DNA from: Novakomyces olei
Lineage: Eukaryota
Direction: 5' to 3'
Assembly: GCA_016906335.1 (NCBI GenBank)
Contig: JADEYG010000007.1
Span: forward strand, 1,178,001 to 1,242,000
Length of the DNA: 64,000 nucleotides
The notes under the pieces are model-generated. The model ran no database searches. It was not told the origin of the DNA and saw nothing but the letters and a program-made list of their open reading frames with translations. Positions 11,273-23,790 of this stretch are shown here, in pieces. The translations under genes were made by a program, and so were the position numbers. The first letter of the stretch is position 1. Each line of letters begins with the position of its first letter.

Positions 11273-12418
11273 GGAGTAAAATATAGATATTCAAGATTTA
11301 CTGGGTCAATCCTTGTAATTATACGCGTTACTGTCTGGCTTCTAGGCCTTGATGTTTTCTTAAAGAGCTCATTCTTTCGTTTTAATGTCCGTCGATAAAC
11401 TGTCGCACTGATAATCTATTAATGTAGCAATCGCTGAAAGCACTATGTGTGTAACTTGACGCGAGCATGAATACGCAAACACATTAAAATTAAACATTGT
11501 AAAGTTCCACTCAAAGCGCAAAGGCAGACTAGCATACATCATTGTATGATTCACAAATAAGGTCGGCTGTCGAACGGAGAAGTACTGCACTTGAGCGGGA
11601 AGCGTTTATTGGGAAATAGGGCAACGATACGGACACAGTTCCATATTATCGGTTATACATGTTTCACTAATTCAATGCTACAACATCAATTCAGCGTTTT
11701 TAATTTATTTTCTAATTACAGCTGTTTTATGATAGTTTATGATACATGACCTGTCGCCCGTTGACAAATCAGAGGCTTATGATCCCTGAAACTTTGGGTT
11801 ACATCAATGACAAAGGTTTGGAAATGGATGCACGAATTATAGAATAAAGACTTTTACGTATTTACACGTGCAGCTGCCTTTTGTGTTCTTGCTCTCTTCC
11901 ATCAGCGCATATAGTCTGCATATTAGTCACGGCTCAACATTCTCAAAAAACTCAGGTAACACCTCGATCAACAAGTCTATTTGCCACCCTCGCTCAAACT
12001 GTATATCGCTGGCTGTAAATGGATCATTTTCCGATTCGTCAGGTCATTAATTATTCTACTCATTTGAATGTACAATTGCTCTCTGTTGGCTCGGACATCT
12101 AGCCTGGAAAGGTCAGAATTAATAATGTAACATAAATTCAAGGTTTCTCATTAATCCATTTGTTTCAGCCTCAGTAAACACCCACCGTTACGAGGCGTGA
12201 ATATTGACCAGAGTAAATGCGGGGGTTTGGAACACTTGACTAGCTCAATGAATAGAGCATCAGTACCACTGTATGTCCAACGGAGCAATCTTGCAAATAC
12301 CAACCAGCCCGCAAAATGCTTGTTACAAACGTTCTACACCAGATGCAGGCTAGCAAACAAGCGAATGGTATACATACGCGTAAATGTGCCGCCACTGCAA
12401 AGCTCAAGCTTAACCAAA

Positions 12419-12949
12419 ATGACTCGCATCTCAATTCTGGCTACCTTTCTTTTGCTTCTTGTGCAATACAGCATACCTTGTTTCGGGAGCGATAACACTG
12501 GATTTACACAGACATTTGAGGAAGAAAGATACCAAAAAATGCTGCCGCGTCTGCGTGAGATATGCGAACTAGAAAGTTTTGCTCACGAGAATTTTACAAT
12601 GGTAGAAGACAGCGAAATTTCCGAGTTGTTTGAAGATCCACGTTCAGCTAGATCGATTTGCGATTCCATCAAATACGATACGCTATTTACGAATCATTAC
12701 GAAGATTGTAGAAGACCTCATTGGAATATCCAGATAGGAACGGACAGACGCTGTTTTGTAAGGGCAGCGCGCATGGCTTGTAGATGGCTGACTCGCACTC
12801 ACAAAATTCGATACAGCAACTCGTGGCGCAAATCTAGCTCAAAAATGAGGGATTTAAAATTCCGAGAATGCATTGCGCCGTACGTCTATAGTGGTCTCAA
12901 ATCCAAAACAGTTACTCAACTTTGTTGTCGTAATGCAATAAACATATAA
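12419..12949 (+). CDS. small secreted cysteine-rich protein, no recognised family
   Basis: ATG 12419 in AAAATG context gives a hydrophobic signal-like N-terminus (MTRISILATFLLLLVQYSIPCFGS); 176 aa, 9 Cys, intronless. Confidence 0.6.
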   Translation: MTRISILATFLLLLVQYSIPCFGSDNTGFTQTFEEERYQKMLPRLREICELESFAHENFTMVEDSEISELFEDPRSARSICDSIKYDTLFTNHYEDCRRPHWNIQIGTDRRCFVRAARMACRWLTRTHKIRYSNSWRKSSSKMRDLKFRECIAPYVYSGLKSKTVTQLCCRNAINI

Positions 12950-13355
12950 GGAGCTGTCCGCGAGGCTATTGCCGGACACAGTATTTTGCACACACCGCGA
13001 AACGTCTCTCTGCCGATTTATCAATCCGCGTTGCAAACAGACCATTGGCTCGTATGGATATACAGGCGCAATTATCAGTTTTTGGAGATTTGTCTTTTAC
13101 CAATCTGCCTATATATTAATACATCAGCTACATTATTACTAGTTACATTGAAATGCTGATAGTTCAGGCTGCGCGCACCTCTGATGGAGACACTCTGCCG
13201 ATAAATGCCGTAAACGACAGAGTAATCTTCATACTAACAATTCACAGGTTTTACGCAATTCGTATTTATTTGCATACGTAACAAGCCTTCATATCGGATC
13301 ACGGCGTCTCCTGATTCAAGACGCTGCCGTATGGTTGGAATATCAGTCTCCAAGA

Positions 13356-13430
13356 TAAATAAATAAATAAATAAATAAATAAACAAACAATAAACAGATA
13401 AATATGTATATATATATATATATATATATA
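13356..13430. repeat. (TAAA)n plus (TA)n microsatellites
   Basis: Directly visible upstream of the LMBR1-like gene. Confidence 0.9.
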
Positions 13431-13486
13431 CACCTAGCATAGAACCCGACTCCCGGCCCACCAGATCCATGACATATTGATTCGCA

Positions 13487-15849
13487 ATGGCCGTTATTAT
13501 GCCGCTGCTGCTGGCACTGGCAGTTGCCACGGTTGTGCTGGCAATGATACATAATCTGGGTCGACTGCAGCGGCTTCCAGTCTACATTTCTGCCGTAGTT
13601 TTCCTGGCAAGTTTATGGTCTTCAAGGAACTAGAACTAACACGTCAACAGGGCTGGTATATTCCGTTTGCACTAATTATTGTGCTACCCATCGATCTCAT
13701 CAGTGTAAGTTTTGTAGCATTCTTTTTCGCTTCCGCTTGTTTTGTTTTTATTTTAAAAATAATCAGATTTGTGCTAAATTCAGACAAATGCCGATGCCCT
13801 TGACGATCCCAATAGCCAGAGACCAAACCTCTACCTTCCACCGCGGTTTCTTCTCATCGTATGGCGAGTGGCTTACTGGCTGTCTTTCTCCCTGACATGG
13901 TATGTCAACTGCTTTATTGTATTATATTAATACATCAAGGCTCATTTTACCCGCTCTTATCTCCTTCGCCGACTCGGGACACAGGTCGCCAGCCAAACGG
14001 CTCAAGTACTCGCTCAAGATGAATTTGCGTTACCAACTGGCTTATGCTACGGTTGTAATCCTGTTTGGAGCATACATCCTTGTGTTCAAGGAGCTGTCTA
14101 GTTTGTATGTGACACCGGTTCCGCTCGTGTATTTTATAGGAAAGAATGGAATTATGAATTAATAAATAACGATCAAAAAAACAGAGAGAGGAAGAAAGCA
14201 AATTGACAAATGAATGATTAAATAATTAAGATAGAACAAAAAAAAACAAGAAAATCTGTTGGATGTTATCCAGTTGCTAATATTTGTAGCCAAGCGGTGA
14301 AATCGCTGTTGATTGCTCTGGCTAACTCTTACGGATTAGTGTTAGCGCTCACGCTTATGGGCGGGGGTTTGGTGACACTGCCACGACTGCTGTGGCACTC
14401 CAGCTACGCGCATAGGGAGCAAATGGGTCTGGAAGTTAAAGCGGTCAAATTGAAGGAACAGCTGGAGGACGCTGAAGGCGATGTGAAAGAGGTTGCACAA
14501 CAGATTGCTGCTATAAGCGAACAAGCACATGAGCCATGGCAGAAAGAATGGACCCGCGACTTGATGATTTCTTGTCCTTTATCTGCCCAGTTTTTGAATC
14601 CTGGATCGAGAAATGGTCGGTTTTCCAGCTGGATTCCCTTTGTACGTGACGGACAAGCTTTACAGTGCACAGAAGATAATTTGGCCGCTATATCTCGGCG
14701 TGTACGTATTTCCCGTCAAAAGCTTGATCAGTGCACGAGTCAATGGAGCCATGCAGTGGCCAGGTACTATTTCCTGGCAGAACTGGATCGCGCTCGGCTT
14801 TCTGGGACACGTGCGCTAATGCTGAAAGGTCCCTATCGATCAAGACTGCCGCCGCGTTTTGCCTTTATTTATTATGCACATATAATGCCTCGAGCAATCA
14901 GGCTTGTGGCGGTAGTATTTGCCTTTATTTCGCTGGCAGTTTTGTGGTCCGAAATTGTTATGAATACGGGTAGCGAAGATAAGGGCTTGAGCCTTGTCGG
15001 CAGAATGGTGGCCTCTGAAGTCCCGCACTGGCCGCTTGTTGAAATTACCACTGTTTGCTGGCTCATGTACATGTGTGCTTGCACGTATCTTAGTATGTTG
15101 CGCTTACGTGTCTTTGACAAGTATGCACTTATATGGCGCGGCCATACTGATACGACGTCATTGCTGTTTTACGCATCTTACCTGTGTCGACTAACGTAAG
15201 GATGACCATTTTACGATTATTGATTTTCACAATTATAATCTATTCTTTCTTTTCATGTTTAGTTTATTCTCTTTCCTATGTATTTGGCTGGTTCAGTGTG
15301 GTATTTTAGATTTATTTTTCCTTTTTGCCTCTTTTCTGTTTATGCAGATTTGGACTGATCGTTCTAATGTTTAGTATACCTCTAAGCTACAACTTCCTTC
15401 TCCTACTACCTCCGTCGTTTCGCAAATCGGCGTTTGATACTTTTCTAGGGTCAAACATTAATCTCACTCCACTGGGTGAAAAATTTGTCTCATGGTTTCC
15501 TCTGTTTATTGTGCTGCCGTTTACCCTAACCCTGGCCAAAGTGGGTGATAGATTCAAGGCGTGGGTGGGCCTTGACGCAGATAGTGTGTTTCGTGACGAG
15601 AATGATATTGAGGCTGTACACCCGGACCGCGGTAGTCAAGAAGGCCGAATGCTTTTAATGAGCGCTATTGCTCCTTTTGCAGATGGAGCTAGTACTCCTG
15701 GACCTCCGCCTGGTCTTGGTGGAAGCGAATCCGAAGCTTATTCTGATACTCAGCACGATCTCGATGCTGAGCAAGCCGACACGTCTGAGCCATTGTGGGC
15801 GCGTGGCCGAGACCGGCTCACGGAAACGTGGCGCGCTTGGAGAGATTAA
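13487..15849 (+). CDS. LMBR1-domain membrane protein (LMBRD2-like), spliced
   Basis: VVFL|GWYIPFALIIVLPIDL, WRVAYWLSFSLTW, ALANSYGL, GLVTLPR and LCRLTIPLSYNFL motifs. Confidence 0.85.
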
Positions 15850-16089
15850 AGTGTATATAAATAAGTCAATAATAAATAAATAAATAATTTGTTGTAGAAT
15901 TCGTGAATTAATGGAATATGGAATGCTGTGTTCGAATTTACTACTATATTCCAATCTGTATACAAAAATGTACATTTTAAGGGGAATGTTTATGGTTATG
16001 GTTAGGGTTAGGGCCATATTTATATCAGGAATAAGTTATCGAGGCACAAAACATTACCCCAGATCATGTGGGGCACAGTTCCGAGACCG

Positions 16090-17580
16090 ATGCTGTCATT
16101 AGCGTACACCAAAGCCAATCGTTTAGCGTTTCGTAATTTTTCTATAGTGTCGCCCCGCTATTATGCTTCAATTGAGACGGAAACGCCGGCCAAAGGTGTA
16201 GGTTTGATCCGACTGCACCGTCCTAAAGCGCTTAATGCACTGAACAGTGAAATGTTCCAGGAAATTAATGACGCGGCCAGGGCGTTTGATACGGACGCGA
16301 GTATTGGAGCTATTGTTCTCGCCGGGTCGGAGAAGGCATTTGCGGGTATTAACAGGTCAGGTAATGTATGCTAACGCTTAGCCGGTGCCGATATTAAAGA
16401 GATGCTGCCCAAGTCATTTGCGGAAATGACAACACAAGATTATATTGCTCCATGGCAGCAATTGGCCACTGTGAAAAAGCCCGTTTTTGCCGCTGTAAGA
16501 GGCTACGCGGTAAGAGCCTGCTTAAATTTTTTTTTATTTAATTTAATTTAATTAATTAATTATTATTTATTTTATTTTATTTTTTTAGTTCTCAGATTTG
16601 TCTTCCTTTAATTATTTCCTTTTAAATCACAGTCTCTATCGTTTAGCCACGCTTTGGTCGTTGCATTGTATTTCTTATTTCTTTTACTTACAAGACAGCT
16701 GGGTGGCGGTTGCGAGCTGGCAATGATGTATGTTTAAGTACATTCATATCTGATCGACAGGGCCGACATTCTTTACGCTGCAAAATCGGCAGTTTTTGGC
16801 CAACCTGAAATCACGTTAGGAATTATACCGGGTAATAATTTGCAAAGTCTTGATTGAGATTTTATGCAAAACATGAATTGCGCGCCCCATACTGGAATAG
16901 CCTAAGAATTCAGGGCAAATTCAGAATTATACTGGTGGAGATTTATGTTTGCTTTGGAAAACACGAATAAACGAATGAATGAATAAGCAAACAAACGAAT
17001 AATAAAGCAAATACAATTAGATAAAGATAAAAATTATTCCGAGCTAGCAACTCAATTCTATTTCTAATTTATTTCTCAATATCTTACACTGCAGGTGCCG
17101 GAGGCACACAGCGCCTTATTCGCGCTATCGGAAAGGCTCGAGCTATGGACGTCATTCTGACTGGGCGCAAGTTTACAGGACAAGAGGCTTACGACTGGGG
17201 TTTGGCTGCACGCGTCGTTCCAGACGAAGAGCTGCTAGAGGCTACGATTAAAGCGGCAGCTAAAGTTGCTTCATTGGGCCAAATAGCGGTCAAGACGGCT
17301 AAAGAGGCCGTAAATACGGGTAAAATTATTTTTATTATAATCAACAAGATTGGTTTGGTTTGGTTTGATTTGGTTTCACTTTGAAATATAAAAGTTCAAT
17401 AATTTCCTTCATCTTTATCTTGCGCTTCCACCTTCTAACGTGTTAGCATATGAAACGCATCTACAACAAGGTATCGTCTTCGAGCGACGCCTTTTCCATG
17501 GCTTGTTTGCTACTCAAGATCAGCAAGAGGGCATGACTGCTTTCATTGAGAAGCGACCGGCAAAGTTTAGTAATAAGTAG
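16090..17580 (+). CDS. mitochondrial short-chain enoyl-CoA hydratase (ECHS1/EchA-like), spliced
   Basis: [55 protein letters not shown] and [13 protein letters not shown]. Confidence 0.93.
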
Positions 17581-18005
17581 GGCAAGAGTATAGATGCAGT
17601 TTAATTCGAGTTTCGTTGTATCTTTAGTAGAGTATCCACGACTGCTGCGCATGGATTACTGAAATCAAATATTTACAGTTCTGATCTCTTTGTATTGCTA
17701 TAGATTTTGCAGTACTCTACTCCCCAACCCTGATTGTATGCAAATCCAATCTTTTATTAGCACAGATATGAATACACACGTGAGTGAGACGTAGCAATAA
17801 ACCAATTTCCACGCAAACCAAGCCCTCCAAAAAAGCTAAATAAAAAATAAAAACTAAAAATTGATCAACAAAAAAATAACAGTCAGATGATTGAAGAAAG
17901 ATAAAAAAAAAAGAAAAACAAACGAGAAAAATCCAAAAAAGCCCAGAATTTAAAATTAAACTACTAGTAAAATGCATTCAATAAAAATCAGGTACAACCC
18001 CAATT

Positions 18006-19217
18006 TCATTGCTCGGGAGTATCCGGCTTGGCATCAAGCTTGTCGTCCGAATGAGCGAGCGAAATCTTTTCCATAAGATTCACATACGACCGGCGAGAGG
18101 GGTCAGCGAGCCGTTTGTTCTTCACTTTAGCCCGTTTACGATCAGGGCGGACAACGATAACGGGTACGGGCGAGTACTGCAGGCAATATTTGCTGATAGA
18201 GCCAGACCGCAGGCTTTGCAGGCCGATAGCTTTACCCTTTGTGCCCACGATGAGCGAGTCGGGAGAGTAAGTCTGGATCATCTGCTGAATGAGATCTCGT
18301 ACTTTGCCGAGAGCGTACTCCACCACGATAGAAATTGCCTTATCTTCCACGTTCTTTTCAATCAAATCGTCCAGAATTTTGTGTGCCTCGTCATAGTACT
18401 CTGTTTCGCTCCGTGGATCAGCGCTTCCACCCGTCCACGAACTGGACGGGTCGATAACCCGCAGGGCAACAAGCTCGTCCCCATCTTCAATCAGTGTATC
18501 GATGAGCCAATCGACCGCAGAATCAGAGTACTCCTTCTTGTCAATGCCACATAGAAAGGTTCGTGAAGTCTTTGACCACTTGTAGTCCTTGTGCTGCGCT
18601 CTCAGAGTGAGAGAGTACTGAGCAGCGTTTTTGTTTGCAAAAGTATCAAAACTGACGCGAGCCTCAAAGTTTGGGTCCGGTGGAGGCGATCCCATACTGC
18701 GGCTCCGCGAGCGGCGGTGCCGGCCGCCTGTTCCCTGCGCCATTGCGCTTGTTAGACCACCGCTGCCGCTGTGGCCGCTGCTGCTTGTGGCCGTTGTTGC
18801 CGTATGAGCAATAGACGATAGAGGCGGGGCAGATTGAGCAGATTGAGAAGATTGAGCAATTTGCTGAGCAGATTGCTGAGAAGATTTCTTGGGAGATTGC
18901 TGAGCACTTTGCTGGGAAGATTGCTGGTGGTCCAAGGCTGGCAAAGACGATTTTTCATGTAACCCTTCTGCCGGAGCTTCTTGAGACGCGTCTGCGGTTG
19001 ATGTAGACGAAAAAGCAGATCCACACGAGCCCCGTGTGTCTTTGGCTGAGGACAAAGGCAGCGGCTCAGGCTCAGCTGAGCTGGCAGAGTGCTGTGCCGC
19101 CGACTGCGATTGGCCAGTGTGTATCAGATCGTCTGGCCTGGGCAGATTTCCAAAGGAGATTGTGCCGCTGCTCGCCGTTGAAGGCGGCCGTCCTTGAGCT
19201 GCTGCTGCCTCTGCCAT
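18006..19217 (-). CDS. universal stress protein (Usp) domain protein
   Basis: C-terminal Usp motifs SRTFLCGID, DGDELVALRV, LIVGTKG and GSISKYCLQYSPVPVIVVRP; disordered N-terminus. Confidence 0.85.
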   Translation of the reverse strand: MAEAAAAQGRPPSTASSGTISFGNLPRPDDLIHTGQSQSAAQHSASSAEPEPLPLSSAKDTRGSCGSAFSSTSTADASQEAPAEGLHEKSSLPALDHQQSSQQSAQQSPKKSSQQSAQQIAQSSQSAQSAPPLSSIAHTATTATSSSGHSGSGGLTSAMAQGTGGRHRRSRSRSMGSPPPDPNFEARVSFDTFANKNAAQYSLTLRAQHKDYKWSKTSRTFLCGIDKKEYSDSAVDWLIDTLIEDGDELVALRVIDPSSSWTGGSADPRSETEYYDEAHKILDDLIEKNVEDKAISIVVEYALGKVRDLIQQMIQTYSPDSLIVGTKGKAIGLQSLRSGSISKYCLQYSPVPVIVVRPDRKRAKVKNKRLADPSRRSYVNLMEKISLAHSDDKLDAKPDTPEQ

Positions 19218-19240
19218 TTTGTATCTATTCTGCCAGGATT

Positions 19241-19418
19241 AAGAGTCTGTTTAGAGTCTGTTTAGAGTCAGATTAGAGTCAGATTAGAGTCAGATTAGAG
19301 TCTGTTTAGAGTCAGATTAGAGTCAGATTAGAGTCTGTTCAGAGTCTTTAGAGTCAGATTAGAGTCAGATTAGAGTCTGTTCAGAGTCTTTAGAGTCTGT
19401 TCAGAGTCTTTAAAGTCT
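19241..19418. repeat. 10-bp minisatellite (AGAGTCAGAT/AGAGTCTGTT variants)
   Basis: About 17 imperfect copies immediately 5' of the Usp gene ATG. Confidence 0.9.
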
Positions 19419-20253
19419 TGGCGTTCAGATCGCTGGTCCGGTTCTTTGCTCGTTACTTGGTTTTCCCGTTGCCTTACAACCAGAATCAATCTGCGCGCAA
19501 GCCTTCACGTGCCGTACAATGACGAGTGGCGAACCTCAACGCGGGGAGAATGCCTAGACTTTGTAGGATCCTTTTATATAATCAATCTATATTAATGTAT
19601 ATCTTCCCTATATTATCCATTTTATTCGCTATTACATGGTTTTCTCATATTTTTAATTATACAACATTATCCAAATGGCCTGAGCTTTAATGTGTATAGA
19701 ATATGTGTTGGAATATAATGTGTTTGAATATAATTATATACGACATAATGTAAGTATATTCAAGTATTGTATGAGATTATAAGGTTTATACGACTAAATA
19801 ATAGCAAGCTTACACGTGACCACGAGCGTACGTTTGCCATACTCTCAGCGTAATGTGGAGCAATAGTGTACATCTAATGCAAATAAACGGCCGACGCGAA
19901 ACGCTGCTCCACGTTTAATACGCTTGCCGCTAGGCAGGAAAAGCACGAATATTATTACGGAATATAGAGTCTTTTTTGCAACCGAAATCAACAACCTCCA
20001 CACACGTAAACGCGCCAGTCAGTGCCCGTAATATTATTATTATATTTATCTATGACAGTAAACAAGGCATTCATGACGGAAAAGGGTTCATTCATAGAGG
20101 ATATAATTGGAAAACGTCATTCATGCACAAACAAAAGTAGAGCAGTCGCATACAATGCACTGCGGCCCAACTCTAAAGCCCCACAAAACGTATAAACCTC
20201 GTGGGCGCACGGAAAATCTATATTATCGCCATGCCCAAACTGACCTCAGCTCA

Positions 20254-22795
20254 TTACACATTCGGAGTGAAAAAGTCGACTGCCATCATTCTCTCGAGCT
20301 ATACAGAGTTAGCATGGATCCCTCAATGCTGAATTACCTGGAATGCAGAGGCAGAAAGCAAAATTTGCCTTGCTTCTAACGCAAGCCAAGTGCGCAACCA
20401 CACCAGTGTCTGCCGGTAATCGACGTCTTTAAAATCCATATCGGCCGCCATGTGTCTCGCGTTGTGGGCGCCAAGGGACCGCAAGAAGGGTATAGCGCTG
20501 GAATTAGTATTATAAATAGAAATAAGAAATAAGAAATAATAAATAATAAATAATAAATAATAAATAATAAATAATAAATAATAAATAATAAATAATAAAT
20601 AATAAATAATAAATAATAAATAATAAATAATAAATAATAAAATACCTTTTAAACAGGTCCATGTTTGGGTTCAACTGCCGGCCAATTCCTTCCAGCAACA
20701 AGATAGAAAGCACCACATTAATAAAGTCGCCTTCCATGCGAACGTGGTGCGTCCGCACCATACTCAGCACCTGCTGCAAGACATCGCCGACGCGAATATT
20801 GCCCAGTTTAAAAGTCTTTCGTTTCACAGACAACACTAGATTCTGCATTTTCAGGGCAAAAACGTCAGGCTCGATAGCGGCCTCTGGCTGCCGGCACCGC
20901 TCGATCATGAGCTGGCCAGCCTTGAGCCCATCAAACTCTGCTACTGCCGTAAACAAGTCGAGAAAGTTGGAGCGATTGACAGCGTTCAGCTCTGTCACTA
21001 ACCCAGTGTCTATAAAAACAACCTGTGGACGGTAACCCTCATCGGCCAGCTCTTGCAATGCAGCGAACCAGGCATCACGATTGCCCCTTTTTCGTAGTGG
21101 CTCTAATTTGCTTATACAGTGCTGCGTATCCGCCTCGTCGTGGGACAGAGTCGTCTTTGCGTGCTTGACAAACATGTAGCCCAGTTTATGTACAAAATCA
21201 AGACCCTCTGGACGGTAGAATCTGACGAGAATATTGCCCGGGTGCAGGTCCGCATGAGTAAAATTGTCAAAAATCAGCATATGGAGAAACGCGTCCAGTC
21301 CCATATCCGCAATATCCTTATCAAAGCAGCCACCAGGCTGGTCGAGGAAAGCGTGGAGGGGCACTCCAGCAGCAAACTCCTCAACCAACACCTGACGCGT
21401 AGTAAACGAGTGGAACGGCGTGGGAAAAGACACGGTTCGCCGCTGAGCAAAGTTCTCACGGAACCGTGTCAAGTTGTCTGCCTCAATACGCAGATCCAGT
21501 TGCAGCAGCATCATTTGCCCAAACTGGTCAACCTCGTCAGGCAGACTGAGCCATTCCATTGTGGGGATACAGTTCAGCAGCCAAGCAAAAGCGTGCATGA
21601 TCTGTAGGTCTCTGCGAACCAGCGCATCTACATGAGGGTGCAGTACTTTAACCGCCACTGTCCGTGAGGGCAGGTACTCGTCCTGACCAGGACCGACAAG
21701 GGGCCCAAGCGTATCTGACGCTACATCACGCAGCCTCCAGTTCTGCTTTCCTTTCTGCTTTTGCTTTTCCTTCTGCTTTTCCTTTTGCTCTTCCTTTTGC
21801 TCTTCCTTTTCCTTTTCCTTCTCTGAGCTTTTTTCTTCTGCTGTAGAAAGAGTAGGTACCTCCCCCTGGAGCCGAGCGGCTTCCTGCTCCAAGATTTGAG
21901 AGCTCAGAGTCGCTCTGTACACTTGTGCAATTGCTCCAACGCCTAAAGGCGTCGGCTCAAAGTGCTCAAACACCTCTTCCAACCCCCGTCCGCCAAAAGC
22001 GCTCTCTACCGTCCGCCTCGTGGCAGCAAAAGGGTGAGGGACAGCGTGAGAATGCAGCTGCGACAGTGTCTCACAAAAGGCAATGGGGAATATATCCGTT
22101 CGCGATGCGGCCCACTGGCCCAGCTTAACGAACGCGGGACCGGCTCTCTGCATCTGCACGAGCAGTAGGCGGTAGTAGAGCAGAGCACCACTGCGTTCGC
22201 TGTGGCGAGCGGCAACTCGTGGGCCCACTAAAAGCAGCGGTGACGCAATAATTAGCGGCACAAAGATTATACACAAATGCGCAAAGCGCAGCACTGTGGC
22301 TATCGGTTCCACAATGTACACTGAAATGCCGTTGTAAACTCGGCCCAAACGCGTCTCGGGGGCCGATTCCTCTGTGCGCTCCACTTCGGATTTCCTCAGC
22401 AGCTGCTGCTCAAAGGTGGGGGTCGAAGCTGGATTCTCGGTGGGGGCCAAAGTGGGGGTCAAAGTGGGGGCCACAGAGGTTTCGGTGGGGGCCTCCAATC
22501 TGACACTCGGCCCGAGTGTCACGGTGACGAGTAGCAGTGCCCCCGCAAACAGCACTTTGCCCATCGGCCTTCCAAGCGCCGACCGTGGCCCCGTCCCGGT
22601 GCTGCGGGTCTCCGGGACGGCTGTGCCGCTACGCGCTGCCGACCGTGTTATGTAAGCACGCGTGCTCGCCAGCGCGCTGCTCTGCGCTACAGGCAAAGCC
22701 CACGCGTGCTTACTTGGGCGCTCGTGATAAGGGGGAAAGAATGTTAGATCCGCGGCTTTAAGCGCAGTCCGACGCGGTAACGCGGCACGGAACAT
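20254..22795 (-). CDS. mitochondrial ABC1/UbiB atypical kinase (Cqd1/YPL109C/ADCK2-like), 2 introns
   Basis: AGPAFVKLGQWAASRTDIFP, GVGAIAQVY, VAVKVLHP, HADLHPGNI and FIDTGL. Downstream exons are SAIPFLR... and LERMMAVDFFTPNV*. Confidence 0.9.
20534..20641. repeat. 7-bp (AAATAAT)n repeat inside the CQD1-like intron
   Basis: About 15 copies between the donor near 20645 and the acceptor near 20498 (minus strand). Confidence 0.92.
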
Positions 22796-22930
22796 TTTTA
22801 GGGTTTGCTGCGATGCGCGCAATGGCGCTCGCTGATCCGCGTAATGAATGATTAGTGCCTATGACATATGTCTGCCTATTAATCGTATAATCTGTGGAAT
22901 AATCATGTAGAATAAATTTAATTAAATAGA

Positions 22931-23070
22931 TATAGTTGAATAGTAGAATAAATAGTTGAATAGTAGAATAAATAGTTGAATAGTAGAATAAATAGTTGAA
23001 TAGTAGAATAAATAGTTGAATAGTAGAATAAATAGTTGAATAGTAGAATAAATAGTTGAATAGTAGTATA
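22931..23070. repeat. 20-bp minisatellite (AATAGTTGAATAGTAGAATA)
   Basis: 7 near-perfect copies, degenerating out to about 23215. Confidence 0.95.
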
Positions 23071-23790
23071 AATATAGTTGAATATAATAGTTCAATAATA
23101 GAATAATAGAATAAATATGGTTTAATAGTTGAATAAATATAGTTGAATAGTTGAATAAATATAATTGAATATAGTTGAACAGTAGTTTATATTTAGTTTA
23201 ATATAATAGTTGAATATCTGAATCAAAACTCAAAGTCTGCTGGAATCCCAAAAGATCCAAGAGTTCCTCGTGATGTATCTCTGTATTGTTACACCAAAAC
23301 CTAATAAAGAAAATGAGAATAAACACGCACTATAAATGAATAATCGTTGTGGAATAATCATTGAGAATATTGTTATATTAAAGTACTAATGTAGAATTGC
23401 AGTGAATTAACCCTAACCCATCTTTTGCTTATATCTGAAACAGCACTGGCAAGGAGCAATAGACACGGCGACAAAAAGTGCCATCCTAGAATTATAACAA
23501 TAGCAACAGTGAATATTGCCACTTCCACGCTACCAAACACCACGCTACTCTACATCGGCCGCTTCGTCCTACACTTTCCTACACTTTTTACGTAGTACAT
23601 TATACAGTTACACAATGGTACAAGGCCAACATTAAATAAAAACATACTTTTACTCTGTCCACGGGCCTTGCGTCCTCGATCCAATACACGACGGACGGTA
23701 GCACGTTACGGTAATGGCACCACACGTTCTGCGTCTTGCTCCCCTTTAAATCGAGCTTCTACTCCAAAGCAGAGGGTACAATGGGCAAGT

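Noticed and set aside
12197..12418. GTG-initiated 74-codon upstream extension of the secreted orphan ORF
   Set aside because: It would bury the signal peptide; ATG 12419 in AAAATG context is the more plausible start.
20510..20645. Hydrophobic FIIYYLL-repeat C-terminus of the 770-aa UbiB kinase ORF
   Set aside because: Read-through into a repeat-filled intron; the real C-terminus comes from two downstream exons.
23408..23419. TAACCCTAACCC (and other teloboxes) as a telomerase RNA template
   Set aside because: Too little free flanking sequence for a long fungal telomerase RNA, and several equivalent copies exist, which favours protein-binding sites.
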